In this document: in pieces, positions 48,360 through 58,716 of the stretch
How the letters are laid out: every line of letters starts with the position of its first letter
Numbering within the stretch: position 1 is the stretch's first letter
NCBI GenBank assembly: GCA_021513715.1
Contig: CP084167.1
Coordinates: 160,001-224,000, forward strand
Direction of reading: 5' to 3'
DNA length: 64,000 bases
Source of the DNA: Candidatus Heimdallarchaeum endolithica
GTDB lineage: Archaea; Asgardarchaeota; Heimdallarchaeia; Heimdallarchaeales; Heimdallarchaeaceae
The notes under the pieces: model-generated
The model's input: the letters and a program-made list of their open reading frames with translations, nothing else
Told to the model about the DNA's origin: nothing
Databases searched by the model: none
Program-made: the position numbers and the translations under genes

Positions 48360-49363
48360 AAGCATGTCCAAAAATTAATTTTTATTAATGTGGGGGTTTA
48401 TGTCGGAATTATGACTTACTTTCAGATCATAGACCCCCACAAAGTAAGAGAATTCATAATCATTAATGAACCTTTCCTTAAGAAACTGGTGAAAGAGGAA
48501 CCGAGAGAAAGTAAGAGAGGGAGAAAAAGAATAGCAGAAAGGTGGGTGATACTGGCTTTAGCAATTATTGCGAGAATAGAAGGAATAGCTTGGAGGAAGT
48601 TAGAGGAAAAGTTGTCTTTATGCGCTTTTTTGATAGAAGAGGGGTGGATGAAGAAGATTCCTTCCAAATCTACTTTTCATGCAGTGTGGAGAGCGACAGA
48701 AAGTAAGTTGCTGGAGCGGTGGATAATAGATTTAGGTAGGGAAATAGTGAGGAAAAAAGGCTTGAAATCTATGGCAGTGGACAGTTCAGGTTTTAAAATT
48801 CGTCAGGCTTCTGTTTGGCGTTTTCTCAAGTGGGCAAGAGGAGGACTAAAGAAAACCTCTAAACTTTTCTGGAAGATACACCTTATAGTTGGTTTACCCT
48901 CTCGAGCTATAGTCTCTTTAGCTCATTCTGCTAGTAACACTCACGATAGTAAAGTCTTCGGTTTGCTCTGGCAGAAACTTCCTTCTGCACTCTTGAGACC
49001 TTTCTTGCGATTTTATGGAGACTGTGCCTACTGGACAGAAAATATCGTGGGACTTCTAAAACAACATTCTTTCTTCCCCGTCATTCCTCCAAAAAGTAAT
49101 GCTCGTTATCCCTCTCCTCCTCCCCTCGGACCAATAATTCAAGCTCATCGTCTCTACCCTGGTCTGTATCGCCATAATCATCATCCCGAGTATCGTAGTA
49201 GTATTGAACACGTCTTTGGTCTCCTCAAACTCTCTCTTCCCCCAATCCTTGATCGTTTACCCTCCACCATCCTCTCTACCTTGTACAGTTCTCTCTTCTG
49301 TTACAACTACCTTTTACTCCTTCGGACCGTTTAGTTGGTGAAAAAGAATTTTTGGACATGCTT
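48360..49363 (+). mobile_element. Insertion sequence (IS4/IS5-type DDE), copy 1, 1004 bp
   Basis: 17-bp TIR AAGCATGTCCAAAAATT; 6-bp TSD TTAAAA. Confidence 0.93.
48390..49334 (+). CDS. DDE transposase (start may be ATG 48411)
   Basis: AVDSSG, YGDCAY, YRSSIEHVFGLLK (YREK-type). Confidence 0.9.
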   Translation: MGVYVGIMTYFQIIDPHKVREFIIINEPFLKKLVKEEPRESKRGRKRIAERWVILALAIIARIEGIAWRKLEEKLSLCAFLIEEGWMKKIPSKSTFHAVWRATESKLLERWIIDLGREIVRKKGLKSMAVDSSGFKIRQASVWRFLKWARGGLKKTSKLFWKIHLIVGLPSRAIVSLAHSASNTHDSKVFGLLWQKLPSALLRPFLRFYGDCAYWTENIVGLLKQHSFFPVIPPKSNARYPSPPPLGPIIQAHRLYPGLYRHNHHPEYRSSIEHVFGLLKLSLPPILDRLPSTILSTLYSSLFCYNYLLLLRTV

Positions 49364-49625
49364 TTAAAAAAAAACATTTGAGAACGACTATAATTTAAGA
49401 ATAGCAAATTACTATTAAAATTGTTTTAAATATTTTTATATTTAATAGTTCTCTTTATTAAAGAAAGACGGGGTTTTATTATATATCTCTTTTTTCTACT
49501 ATTAGAAGTTTTTATTACTATAATAAATAAAAAGAGGAAAAAAGTTGTAAAAATTTCTCAATTTTTTATAACTTTCTGAGATAAAAATAATGCTTAAAAA
49601 TAGAGGGGATATTTAACCTATAATT

Positions 49626-50216
49626 ATGATTAGTGAAAAAGACGCATCACAAAGAGAACCAAGGTTTGATTTAAATAAAGAAGAATTGCTAAAAGCAATT
49701 GTTGATGCAGTTGAATCATTTAGAGACTTTGAACACAAGGTAGATTGGCAACCGGTAGCTATTGACACTTCAACTATTGCTAGATATATAGCATATGGAC
49801 AATTTGAATCATTTTTAGGAGCATCACAACATCCATCATGGGTCAACTTGTATAACAGAATAAACTATTTTCTTAAAAAATTCGTAGAAAGAAAAGGTGG
49901 AAAGTGGTATTTTCCAAAGGATTTCTCAAAAAAAGTTGAAGAATATCTTAAAGAAAATCTAGAAACATTAGATTTTCCTCCTGACTTGCTAGATCCCCAA
50001 AAAGTTACTGACAAGAGGAGCAATTTTATGAAAAATCAGGAAAAGGAATCAAGTTTTAAATCTGATTTTGTTGTCATAAATTTTGGAGATTATATCCAAG
50101 AGAAGAAAATATTTGTATGCAAGATCTGCAAAGAAACCTTTGAAACAAAAAAATCTATAATAGAACATATAAAGAATCATTCTCTGGAATCATTTTTATC
50201 AGTAAGTAATCTTTAA
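49626..50216 (+). CDS. Hypothetical protein with C-terminal C2H2 zinc finger
   Basis: FVCKICKETFETKKSIIEHIKNH. Confidence 0.72.
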   Translation: MISEKDASQREPRFDLNKEELLKAIVDAVESFRDFEHKVDWQPVAIDTSTIARYIAYGQFESFLGASQHPSWVNLYNRINYFLKKFVERKGGKWYFPKDFSKKVEEYLKENLETLDFPPDLLDPQKVTDKRSNFMKNQEKESSFKSDFVVINFGDYIQEKKIFVCKICKETFETKKSIIEHIKNHSLESFLSVSNL

Positions 50217-50318
50217 CTTTCTAACTAGCAACTGTTTTTTCTTTTTTTGATATTATGCTTATTTTAAATAATTATCAGCAATGAATTTTTAAGTGTTAAA
50301 TACAATATTTCTTAAAGG

Positions 50319-51383
50319 ATGTCTATTAAAACTCTTGAGAAAAAAATTACTCCAACAGTTAAAAAATTAGTAGAAGAATATTGGTTATTAGAAGAAACTG
50401 ATAAAATTTTGATTATAAGTGATTATCCTACATCAACTGACTTTGTTAACAAGCAGATTCATTTGCTTTCTAATATGATAGAAAGAAATTTACTAGCAAG
50501 AAGTATAAAAAGAATTATTGAAACAAATTTTCCTAATCCAACTAAAATCTATTTTATTGAACCCACATATCGACATCATACTGATCCTAACGACCCTATA
50601 TTAAACAAAAAAGTGAATGAAAGTGATCTTGTATTCACATTAACTTATTTTTCTCTTACAGGAGTCAAAATTTTTAATGATTTACTCAAAAAAAAGAAAA
50701 TTAAACAATGTTCATCTCCCCAAATTTCTATAGATGATTTTCTCCCAAATGGGCCAATAGATGTTGATGTGCCCTATTTAGAAAAACTAACAACCACACT
50801 TTATAAAATAATGAATAAATCTAATGAATTTAGAGTTTTTGACCCTTCTGGGAGTTTTCTTGAAATTAAAATCAATAAACGAACAGATATTTACTGTGAC
50901 ACAGGAATTTTCAAGGAAAAAGGACAAATAATGAATATTCCTTCTGGAGAAGTAGGAATAGATATTATTGAACCAGAGAAGGATAGCGTACTTATTAATG
51001 GAAAACTGAATATTTTTCCAGGTTGGACTGAAGATCTTTCTGAGCAGATAACTTTGTGGATAAAAGACAATTTTATTACAGAAGTAAAGGGAGGAGGAAA
51101 AAAAGGAAAAATGATGTCAAAGCTTATAGAAAAAACTACTCTCTATGTTGATCAGTTTGGTATAGGAACAAACCCTAATGCTAAAAACCCTCTCTCTCTT
51201 ATTGTTGCTGATAAAATACAAGGAATGGCACATGTATCTATTAATCCTGTTAAATTTGAGGAAAATCACTTTTTCTTTCCTGTAGATCACTTAATAATCG
51301 ATAACGCAAAATATACTAGATCTCATCTTTTTTATTTGGGGGAGAAAAAGAATAATAATCATCTTTTCTCGTTCTTTTTATAA
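50319..51383 (+). CDS. Aminopeptidase T/M29-like protein, possibly degenerate
   Basis: NIPSGEV, FGIGTNP, GMAH; some metal-ligand Glu appear replaced. Confidence 0.65.
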   Translation: MSIKTLEKKITPTVKKLVEEYWLLEETDKILIISDYPTSTDFVNKQIHLLSNMIERNLLARSIKRIIETNFPNPTKIYFIEPTYRHHTDPNDPILNKKVNESDLVFTLTYFSLTGVKIFNDLLKKKKIKQCSSPQISIDDFLPNGPIDVDVPYLEKLTTTLYKIMNKSNEFRVFDPSGSFLEIKINKRTDIYCDTGIFKEKGQIMNIPSGEVGIDIIEPEKDSVLINGKLNIFPGWTEDLSEQITLWIKDNFITEVKGGGKKGKMMSKLIEKTTLYVDQFGIGTNPNAKNPLSLIVADKIQGMAHVSINPVKFEENHFFFPVDHLIIDNAKYTRSHLFYLGEKKNNNHLFSFFL

Positions 51384-51453
51384 AATAACTAATTCACTTA
51401 CTTAAAATATATTCTTCCCAAAATTTTTTATTGGTCTATTATTAGACCATATC

Positions 51454-52746
51454 ATGCCCGAAAATTATAAATTTGCAGATGAAGTCAAACCTACAGATTC
51501 ACTTGTTAGGTTAAGAGGTTGGATTTATAGAATAAGAACAATGAAAAAGAAAATATTCATTGTTTTAAGAGATGCATCAGGACTTATACAGTGTGTTGCA
51601 AGTAAAGAAGAATTACCAGAAAAGGTTTGGAATAATTTAGAAAATGCTGCTGTTGAAAACTCAATTATCATAGAAGGAAAACCTGTAGAAGACAATCGGG
51701 CAATAAATAATGTTGAAGTTCATATAACTGACTTTAAATTTATTCACAAAGGCGAAGTCTTTCCTATTTCTAAAGATCAAAGTCAAGAATTCATCCGTGA
51801 TAATGCTCACTTATTCCTAAGAAGTCAAAAAGCTGTTAACATTATGAAAGTAAAAGCTTCTGTTCTTAGAGCAGCTAGAGAATGGTTTTACAACAACAGT
51901 TTTTATGAAACGACTCCTCCTATACTAACTGGTTCTGCTTGTGAAGGTGGAGCAACACTTTTCAGTCTTAAATACTTTGATAAAACTGCTTATCTTAGTC
52001 AAAGTGCTCAATTATATTTAGAAGCGCTAATATATGGTTTAGAAAAAGTTTATTCTGTCACACCTAGTTTTAGAGCAGAAAAAATGCGAACAAAAAGACA
52101 TGTCAACGAGTTCTGGCATATTGAAGGAGAAGAAGCTTTTGTAGACTTTGAAGGAAATATGAATATACAAGAGGAGCTTGTAACTTACATAGTTCACTAT
52201 GTTCTTGAAAACAATAAAAAAGAATTGAAAGCTCTTAATAGAGATACAACAGAACTTGAAAAAATCAAAACTCCATTTAAAAGAATAACTTACAAAGAAG
52301 CAATTGATATTTTGAATGATAACGGATTTAACTTAAAATGGGATGATGACATAAAAACAGAAGAAGAAAGAACTTTATCTAAAATTATTGGAGAACCTTT
52401 CTTTATTACAATGTATCCTGCTCACCATAAACCATTCTATGTTAAAATCGATCAAAATGACCCTAAATGGTGTTTTTCTGCAGATCTGATTGCGCCTGAA
52501 GGTTTTGGAGAGATTATTACTGGTGGACAAAGAGAAGACGATTTAGAAACACTTGTTCGACGAATTGAAGAAGAAGGATGGAGCACTGAGGATTATAAAT
52601 GGTATATTGATTTAAGGAAATATGGTTCTGTTCCTCACTCTGGGTTTGGTCTTGGAGCAGAAAGGATCACTTGGTGGTTATGCGGTTTAGACTCTATTCA
52701 AGAAACTTTACCTTTCCCCAGAACTAGAAATAGAGTTTATCCTTAA
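51454..52746 (+). CDS. asnS: Asparagine--tRNA ligase
   Basis: OB fold LRGWIYRIR, CEGGATLF, QSAQLYLE, FRAE, PHSGFGLGAER. Confidence 0.93.
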   Translation: MPENYKFADEVKPTDSLVRLRGWIYRIRTMKKKIFIVLRDASGLIQCVASKEELPEKVWNNLENAAVENSIIIEGKPVEDNRAINNVEVHITDFKFIHKGEVFPISKDQSQEFIRDNAHLFLRSQKAVNIMKVKASVLRAAREWFYNNSFYETTPPILTGSACEGGATLFSLKYFDKTAYLSQSAQLYLEALIYGLEKVYSVTPSFRAEKMRTKRHVNEFWHIEGEEAFVDFEGNMNIQEELVTYIVHYVLENNKKELKALNRDTTELEKIKTPFKRITYKEAIDILNDNGFNLKWDDDIKTEEERTLSKIIGEPFFITMYPAHHKPFYVKIDQNDPKWCFSADLIAPEGFGEIITGGQREDDLETLVRRIEEEGWSTEDYKWYIDLRKYGSVPHSGFGLGAERITWWLCGLDSIQETLPFPRTRNRVYP

Positions 52747-52751
52747 TTTTT

Positions 52752-53720
52752 TTATTTTCCATATATCTCTTTATTTATTATATTTGGAGGAATATTACCC
52801 TTTAGGCATTCAATCATATTTTCTGCAGCCATTACAGCCATCTTATTCCTTGTTTCTATACTTGCTGAACCAATATGTGGGAGAATAACTACATTAGGAA
52901 GTGAATAAAATGCTTTTGGAACTTCTGGTTCATTGTAAAACACATCTAATCCTGCGCCCATTATTCTTTTATCTTGTAAAACTTTGATCAATGCCTTCTC
53001 ATTAACTACTTTTCCTCTTGCTGTGTTTATCAAGTAAGTTGAGTGTTTCATTAATTCAAACTCCTCCCAATCAATTAAATGGTGTGTTTCTGATGTATAA
53101 GGGCAATGGATGCTTATATAATCACTTTCTTTTAACAAAGTATCAAGTGAAACAAATTTAGCATTTAATTCTTTCTCTAAATCTTTTTTTCTTGTTCTAT
53201 TAAAATAAATTATTTTCATCCCGAATCCTATTGCTCTTCTTGCTACTGCTTCTCCTATTCTTCCCATTCCTATGATACCAATAGTTTTATTTTTGAAATC
53301 TCCACCAAGAAAAAGCATTGGCCCCCACCCTTTGAATCTTTGTTCTCTTACAAATTTATCTGCTTCTACAATCCTTCTACTTACTGCGAGAATTAAAGCC
53401 CATGTCAAATCTGCTGTTGCATCAGTAAGAACTCCAGGAGTGTTTGTTACAGGAATTTTTAGTTCAGTAGCTGCCTGGATATCTATATTGTCATATCCTA
53501 CTGCATAGTTTGATATAGCTTTAATCCCTGTTTTTTCTATAATCTCTTTGTCGATTTTATCAGTTAACAAGCAAATTAATCCATCTGCACCTTTTGCTCT
53601 ACTTAGAAGTTCTTCTCTTGAAATAGGTTCATTTTTTTCGAAAACTTCAACTTCAAAGCCATTCTTTAACAATAGTTCTATTCCTTCTCTTGGTATTTTG
53701 CGAGTAACAAAAATTTTCAT
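52752..53720 (-). CDS. gyaR: Glyoxylate reductase / D-2-hydroxyacid dehydrogenase
   Basis: AVGYDNID, GMGRIG, NTARG, PHIGSA. Confidence 0.88.
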   Translation of the reverse strand: MKIFVTRKIPREGIELLLKNGFEVEVFEKNEPISREELLSRAKGADGLICLLTDKIDKEIIEKTGIKAISNYAVGYDNIDIQAATELKIPVTNTPGVLTDATADLTWALILAVSRRIVEADKFVREQRFKGWGPMLFLGGDFKNKTIGIIGMGRIGEAVARRAIGFGMKIIYFNRTRKKDLEKELNAKFVSLDTLLKESDYISIHCPYTSETHHLIDWEEFELMKHSTYLINTARGKVVNEKALIKVLQDKRIMGAGLDVFYNEPEVPKAFYSLPNVVILPHIGSASIETRNKMAVMAAENMIECLKGNIPPNIINKEIYGK

Positions 53721-53760
53721 TTCAAATTAGAAAAAATGAAAAATAATAAAAAAGTAGTGT

Positions 53761-54549
53761 TTAGACGAAGCTTTCTCTCAAAGAAGATCTGGGAGGAAGA
53801 ATTTTTTCTTTTTCTATTTGTTGTTGTTTTTGAGACATTAAAGTTAGTTGTTTCTTAATATTTTCAGATTCTTTTATTAAAGGTTGAGTATCTATACCCA
53901 ATTTGAAAAAGTCATTTATAACCTCAACTATGTGTAGAGCTGCTTCTGGGTCAGGAAAGTTAATTGTAGCTGGGGTTAGCAAAGCTATTCCTACTATTTT
54001 TCTCAGCAATGCTTCACTCATTATAGCTCCTGATAAACCCAAAACAACCCCATCTTCATATATTTCAACTGCATATTTCTTCAATTCATCGGCAATTTCT
54101 TTTTCTGCTGCTGTAATAACTATTTTTTTATCAGGTCGTACTTGAACAGGAATAGCGTCTAAACATACTATATATTTTGCATTTAATTCTCTATCAACCC
54201 AATTAATCAATCCTTCAGCAACTGCGAGATAAGAACTTTGAGGGACAGGGTAGTTAATCGATATTAACACAATTGACCCGTCATCATTTGAATAAATAAG
54301 GTAAGGATGTTTAAGTACGTTGTCAGTAAAGATTACAACTGGAGAAAGGAACTTAGATTTGAAAAAACCTATTTCTTTTAACTTTAAAGAAGAGATCATT
54401 TGATTTGAAATAATAGGCCCTATTACTCCTGAAGTAGGATATGTAAGGAAAACTACGGGGTTCTTGAATTCGATATCCTTTTCTTGAACAATCAAAAACT
54501 CATCTTTACTTATACAAATATCTTCATTTATCATTTTCAACTTTATCAC
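53761..54549 (-). CDS. Proteasome assembly chaperone (PAC2 family)
   Basis: YPTSGVIG, GLSGAIM, PDPEAA. Confidence 0.8.
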   Translation of the reverse strand: MIKLKMINEDICISKDEFLIVQEKDIEFKNPVVFLTYPTSGVIGPIISNQMISSLKLKEIGFFKSKFLSPVVIFTDNVLKHPYLIYSNDDGSIVLISINYPVPQSSYLAVAEGLINWVDRELNAKYIVCLDAIPVQVRPDKKIVITAAEKEIADELKKYAVEIYEDGVVLGLSGAIMSEALLRKIVGIALLTPATINFPDPEAALHIVEVINDFFKLGIDTQPLIKESENIKKQLTLMSQKQQQIEKEKILPPRSSLRESFV

Positions 54550-54601
54550 TACATAATAGTTTTTCTTTAAACAGATAAATTTTTCTGATTTCTTAATTTA
54601 T

Positions 54602-55537
54602 TTATTCTTGTACTATTTCTGTCTCCTTTTCAACTATAAACAAACCAACTATTATTAGAATAGCACCAATAGCAAAAACAAAAGTGATTGTTTCTCCAAG
54701 GAAAAAAACAGCTAATAGTGCAGAAATAACTGGAACTAATACTTGAATAACTCCTACTTCAGTTGTGTGCATATAAGCAAGAATATCTAACCAGAAAGTA
54801 TAAGCTAAAGCAGTAGATACTATTGCTAACAAAAATACTAGAACTAGTCCTAAAAAGTTAATAGAAATTGAATAAGGAAAAATAAAAAAGGCTATAGGAA
54901 ATAACAAAATACTACTTAATAATAAATTTAGAAAGGTAATAAATAGTGGATCATCTTCAGTATAGAATTTTTTAAGCAAAACTGTATATATTGCCCAACT
55001 TAAACCAGAAATTAAGGCAAGTAAATTTCCAACTACAGTAGAAGAAGAAAAAGAAGATAGTGAAAAATCAAGTGATTTTATCTCATTGTCAAAAATAACT
55101 AGAAAACTTCCTATTATAGTCACAGAAACGCCTATTATTTGATTTCTTTTAATCTTCTCTTTAACTAAAACAAATGCTATTAACGGAATAAAAGCTACAT
55201 TAATATTTAACAAGAATGAAGATGAAGAAGCTGTAGTTTTTTTTACTGCAAAAAACAAACAAATTGGCATCAAAGAAACAAAAACGCTTGTAATAAGAAG
55301 AAAATGCCATTTCTCTTTAATTATTTTTTCTACATCTTGTTTTGAAGGTCTCTTTTCTCTACTTTTAAAGAAAAAAATTACCACTAAAGTGAGAGCAGCT
55401 AGAAAATATCTAAAGAAAGAAAGTTGAAAAGGAGACAATTGTTTAGTTTGATCTATTATATACTCTCCAATTACAGGAGCAAGAGCCCATCCAAAAACTA
55501 TGACTCCAACCTTCAAATAATGTAATGTGTTTTTCAA
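54602..55537 (-). CDS. EamA/DMT transporter
   Basis: About 10 TMs, two EamA repeats (FFRY; FLGE). Confidence 0.88.
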   Translation of the reverse strand: MKNTLHYLKVGVIVFGWALAPVIGEYIIDQTKQLSPFQLSFFRYFLAALTLVVIFFFKSREKRPSKQDVEKIIKEKWHFLLITSVFVSLMPICLFFAVKKTTASSSSFLLNINVAFIPLIAFVLVKEKIKRNQIIGVSVTIIGSFLVIFDNEIKSLDFSLSSFSSSTVVGNLLALISGLSWAIYTVLLKKFYTEDDPLFITFLNLLLSSILLFPIAFFIFPYSISINFLGLVLVFLLAIVSTALAYTFWLDILAYMHTTEVGVIQVLVPVISALLAVFFLGETITFVFAIGAILIIVGLFIVEKETEIVQE

Positions 55538-55645
55538 ACTATTCAGAGATAAAAAAGAATTTTTTTAAATGTACTGTAATATTTCTCCCGTTTCAAGCAA
55601 ATTTTTATAACTACCTTCTTTTCTGTTCAATCTGTTGATGTTCCA

Positions 55646-56725
55646 ATGTTCTTAATGGGAGCAAGTTTTGTAAAATGGATAAAACTTCTATGGGAGAACA
55701 AATTTAAGATACACATCAAATATTGGCCAAAAGCTTTAGCAATTACATTAGTAACTTTTCTTTTTTCACCTTTTGTAATATTTGAGCAAATTATATGGAA
55801 CAGAAAAATTAAGAAACTTAAAATAGAAAATGACCCAATATTTATTATAGGACATTGGAGAGGAGGAACAACTTTTCTGCAGGAATTGATGTTAAAGGAT
55901 AAAAGGTACTATTATCTCAATATGGTTGAAGCAACTTTTCCACATCAATTTCTAACTAGTTATTGGTTTACAAAAGCAATAATGTCTCCACTTATTCCAA
56001 AAAAACGTCCAATGGATAATATGAGAATGAGTGCAAAAACTCCTCAGGAGCATGAGTTTGCTCTTACTAATTATTGTTTACTTTCTCCTCTTACAGCTCT
56101 TTTCTTCCCGAAAAATAAAGAAAAATATTTGAAGTATTGCTCTTTTGAGCAATCTAGTGAAAAAGAATTAAGAAAGTGGAAAGAATCCTTTAGATATTTA
56201 ATTAACAAACTCACAATTAGAGGAAAAGGAAAACAACTATTACTCAAAAATCCCTTAGATACTTTTAGAGTTAAACTTATTCTCGATTTATATCCTAATG
56301 CAAAATTCATTCACATTTATAGAGACCCTTACAAAGTATTTTTCTCTACAGTAAAGTTATACAATACAAATACAAGACTATTCTTTTTGCAAAAACCAGA
56401 TTTTAATATAAGAGATTTTATTTTTGATATGTACAAAGAAATGTACAAGAAGTTTTACAAAGACTTTGATTCTATTCCTAAAGAAAATATTATAGAAATT
56501 AAATATGAAGATTTTTGCCAAAAACCTATTGAACAATTAGAAAAAATCTATTCTCATCTTCAATTAGGGGATTTCAGTAAGGTTAAACCAGATATTCAAT
56601 CATACTTAGATACTCTTCGTGAATACAAACCAGATAATTACAAAATTGACCCTATAGTTGAAAAAGAGATTTATGAAAACTGGAAAGAAACTATTGAAAG
56701 ATGGAATTATAAAAGACCTATTTAA
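55646..56725 (+). CDS. PAPS-dependent sulfotransferase
   Basis: 5'-PSB loop IGHWRGGTT, LKNP, IHIYRDPY..F.S, IKYEDF. Confidence 0.88.
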   Translation: MFLMGASFVKWIKLLWENKFKIHIKYWPKALAITLVTFLFSPFVIFEQIIWNRKIKKLKIENDPIFIIGHWRGGTTFLQELMLKDKRYYYLNMVEATFPHQFLTSYWFTKAIMSPLIPKKRPMDNMRMSAKTPQEHEFALTNYCLLSPLTALFFPKNKEKYLKYCSFEQSSEKELRKWKESFRYLINKLTIRGKGKQLLLKNPLDTFRVKLILDLYPNAKFIHIYRDPYKVFFSTVKLYNTNTRLFFLQKPDFNIRDFIFDMYKEMYKKFYKDFDSIPKENIIEIKYEDFCQKPIEQLEKIYSHLQLGDFSKVKPDIQSYLDTLREYKPDNYKIDPIVEKEIYENWKETIERWNYKRPI

Positions 56726-56752
56726 ATTAGTTAAAATTATTAAAAAAAGAAA

Positions 56753-57775
56753 TTATTTTCTTTTCTTCCTGTATATTACGAATTTAGATAATTCTACAGA
56801 AAAGAAAACTAAGTAAGGATATAGAAATATGGGTGTTAGGTATTCTGTAAAATACGGACTTGAATAAACATCTCTGAATATTTCACCCATTTTAATGAAT
56901 GGGTAGAGAATAGAATAAGCAGGATTATGTTTATGTTCAACAGGGTAAGGAGAAGCTGCACCAGTATAAATGTATCCTGTTTTCTTTGCTTTTAATTCAT
57001 TAAAAATTGCATTTTCTGAAAACTCAGAAACATTAAGTGTTGTCCATGAATAAACAGGTTCTGGTTTGTGCATATCTGTCCCCGTAATTATACCTAGATT
57101 ATTTTCTAAACAGAAGTCTTCAGAAATTTTATCATATGTTTCTTGGTTAACTATTTCAATATAATCTACACCCCACTCAAGAAACTGTTCTCTTGAAGGC
57201 TGATCATGGCAAAACTCTTCTGACCAAGGAATGTGGTTTACTACTACCAGCCCTCCAATAGAATGTGCTGATTCTATTATTTTTTTAAATTCTTCATCAG
57301 AAGGAGTATAAGAATAGCTACTATGTGTCTTTAATTTTTCATAATCTTCAGCTGAAACTTCAGGAGGGAGAATAATATTAAGATGACTTCTATCTGTAGT
57401 CCATTCCATTCCCCTCAACACTTTAATGGTGTCATTAAATTCTTTTCTCGCTAATTCTAATATTTCTTCAACGCCATCAAATGTATTATGATCAGTAAGA
57501 ACCATAGCATTAAAGCCCATGGAGATATGCCAAAGGATATTCTGTCTAGGAGAAAGATAACCGTCAGAATAATAAGTATGAGAATGAGCATCTAATAATA
57601 TATTCCACTGAGAATGATTATATTCAGGAGTGTAAGAGAAATTATCCCAATCATTATCTGAATATATATATTCTGATGGCTCAACATAAGCAAATTTTAC
57701 AGAAATTGCAATAAATGTTCCAAAAAGAAGAGTAAAAATAAAAAATCTAATTAGAAATTTATAAATCCATTTCAT
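56753..57775 (-). CDS. PHP-domain phosphoesterase with N- and C-terminal TM segments
   Basis: HSHTYYSDG, TDHN, GMEWT, NHIP, GTDMH. Confidence 0.85.
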   Translation of the reverse strand: MKWIYKFLIRFFIFTLLFGTFIAISVKFAYVEPSEYIYSDNDWDNFSYTPEYNHSQWNILLDAHSHTYYSDGYLSPRQNILWHISMGFNAMVLTDHNTFDGVEEILELARKEFNDTIKVLRGMEWTTDRSHLNIILPPEVSAEDYEKLKTHSSYSYTPSDEEFKKIIESAHSIGGLVVVNHIPWSEEFCHDQPSREQFLEWGVDYIEIVNQETYDKISEDFCLENNLGIITGTDMHKPEPVYSWTTLNVSEFSENAIFNELKAKKTGYIYTGAASPYPVEHKHNPAYSILYPFIKMGEIFRDVYSSPYFTEYLTPIFLYPYLVFFSVELSKFVIYRKKRK

Positions 57776-57829
57776 ATCAAAAAAAAAACAAAGAAGATTT
57801 TAACTCTTTTTAATCTATGATGTTTTACT

Positions 57830-58642
57830 TCACTTTATTTCTTCAAAAAACAGATCTTTGATTTTAGTATCAAAAAAAGCGAGGAAATAAGGCACTCTAT
57901 TAAAGTCTGGGTCATATTTTATTGGTTCCCCTTCAAGGTTAGTACATACTCCTCCTGCTTCTTCAAGAATTAGTTGAGGAATGCCAAAATCATGAGGACT
58001 TGCCATATGATACATCTGAATAGCTGCTTTTCCCTCTAAAATAGAAATCATGCTGTGATGAGCACTCATTGAATCTAACTTTGTAAAGCCTAATTTTTCT
58101 AGAATGTTTACGTACTCGTCACATCTTTTTTGTGCATATTTTTTTTCTGGTGAAGAAGGTCTCTTAAATGAAATTTTTTCTCCTAAACTATTAGTAACTA
58201 GAACACCTTTTCCTTTTTCTGCATAAAAAAGTCTGTCAACTGCAGGAAAATATATTCCACTAGCTATAAATGTTAATTTATCAGATAAAGCTACACCAAT
58301 AGCAAAATCTGATCTATTTTTTGTATATGCAAGTGTTCCATCTAAAGGATCAAGATGAAAACAAAGTCCTGTTTTGTCTTGTTTAAACCATTTTACTCTA
58401 TCTGTAACTTCTTCTGCATTTATTCCAACATCAGGTAGAGAAGAATAAAGAATTTCAAGAGCAATATCTTGTACAAAATCATCAATGTCTGTATGCGCAG
58501 TAGAACTTTCTTTAACCAATTCTGGAGGAAGATCACTTTCTTTTGGTTGATTAGTTACTTTACCTCTCATGAGGTTTAATATCATTCCTCCAGTGACTAA
58601 AATAGGTTTTAATACATTATAATACTTATAATTAGACATCAT
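57830..58642 (-). CDS. Inositol monophosphatase / CysQ family phosphatase
   Basis: AEE, DPLDGT, HDFG..LILEEAGG. Confidence 0.85.
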   Translation of the reverse strand: MMSNYKYYNVLKPILVTGGMILNLMRGKVTNQPKESDLPPELVKESSTAHTDIDDFVQDIALEILYSSLPDVGINAEEVTDRVKWFKQDKTGLCFHLDPLDGTLAYTKNRSDFAIGVALSDKLTFIASGIYFPAVDRLFYAEKGKGVLVTNSLGEKISFKRPSSPEKKYAQKRCDEYVNILEKLGFTKLDSMSAHHSMISILEGKAAIQMYHMASPHDFGIPQLILEEAGGVCTNLEGEPIKYDPDFNRVPYFLAFFDTKIKDLFFEEIK

Positions 58643-58716
58643 TGTTCAAAACAAAAAAATAAGTTAATATTAAATCTTTTTAGTTTAATGATTAAGAATA
58701 AAAATGTAAAACTTTT

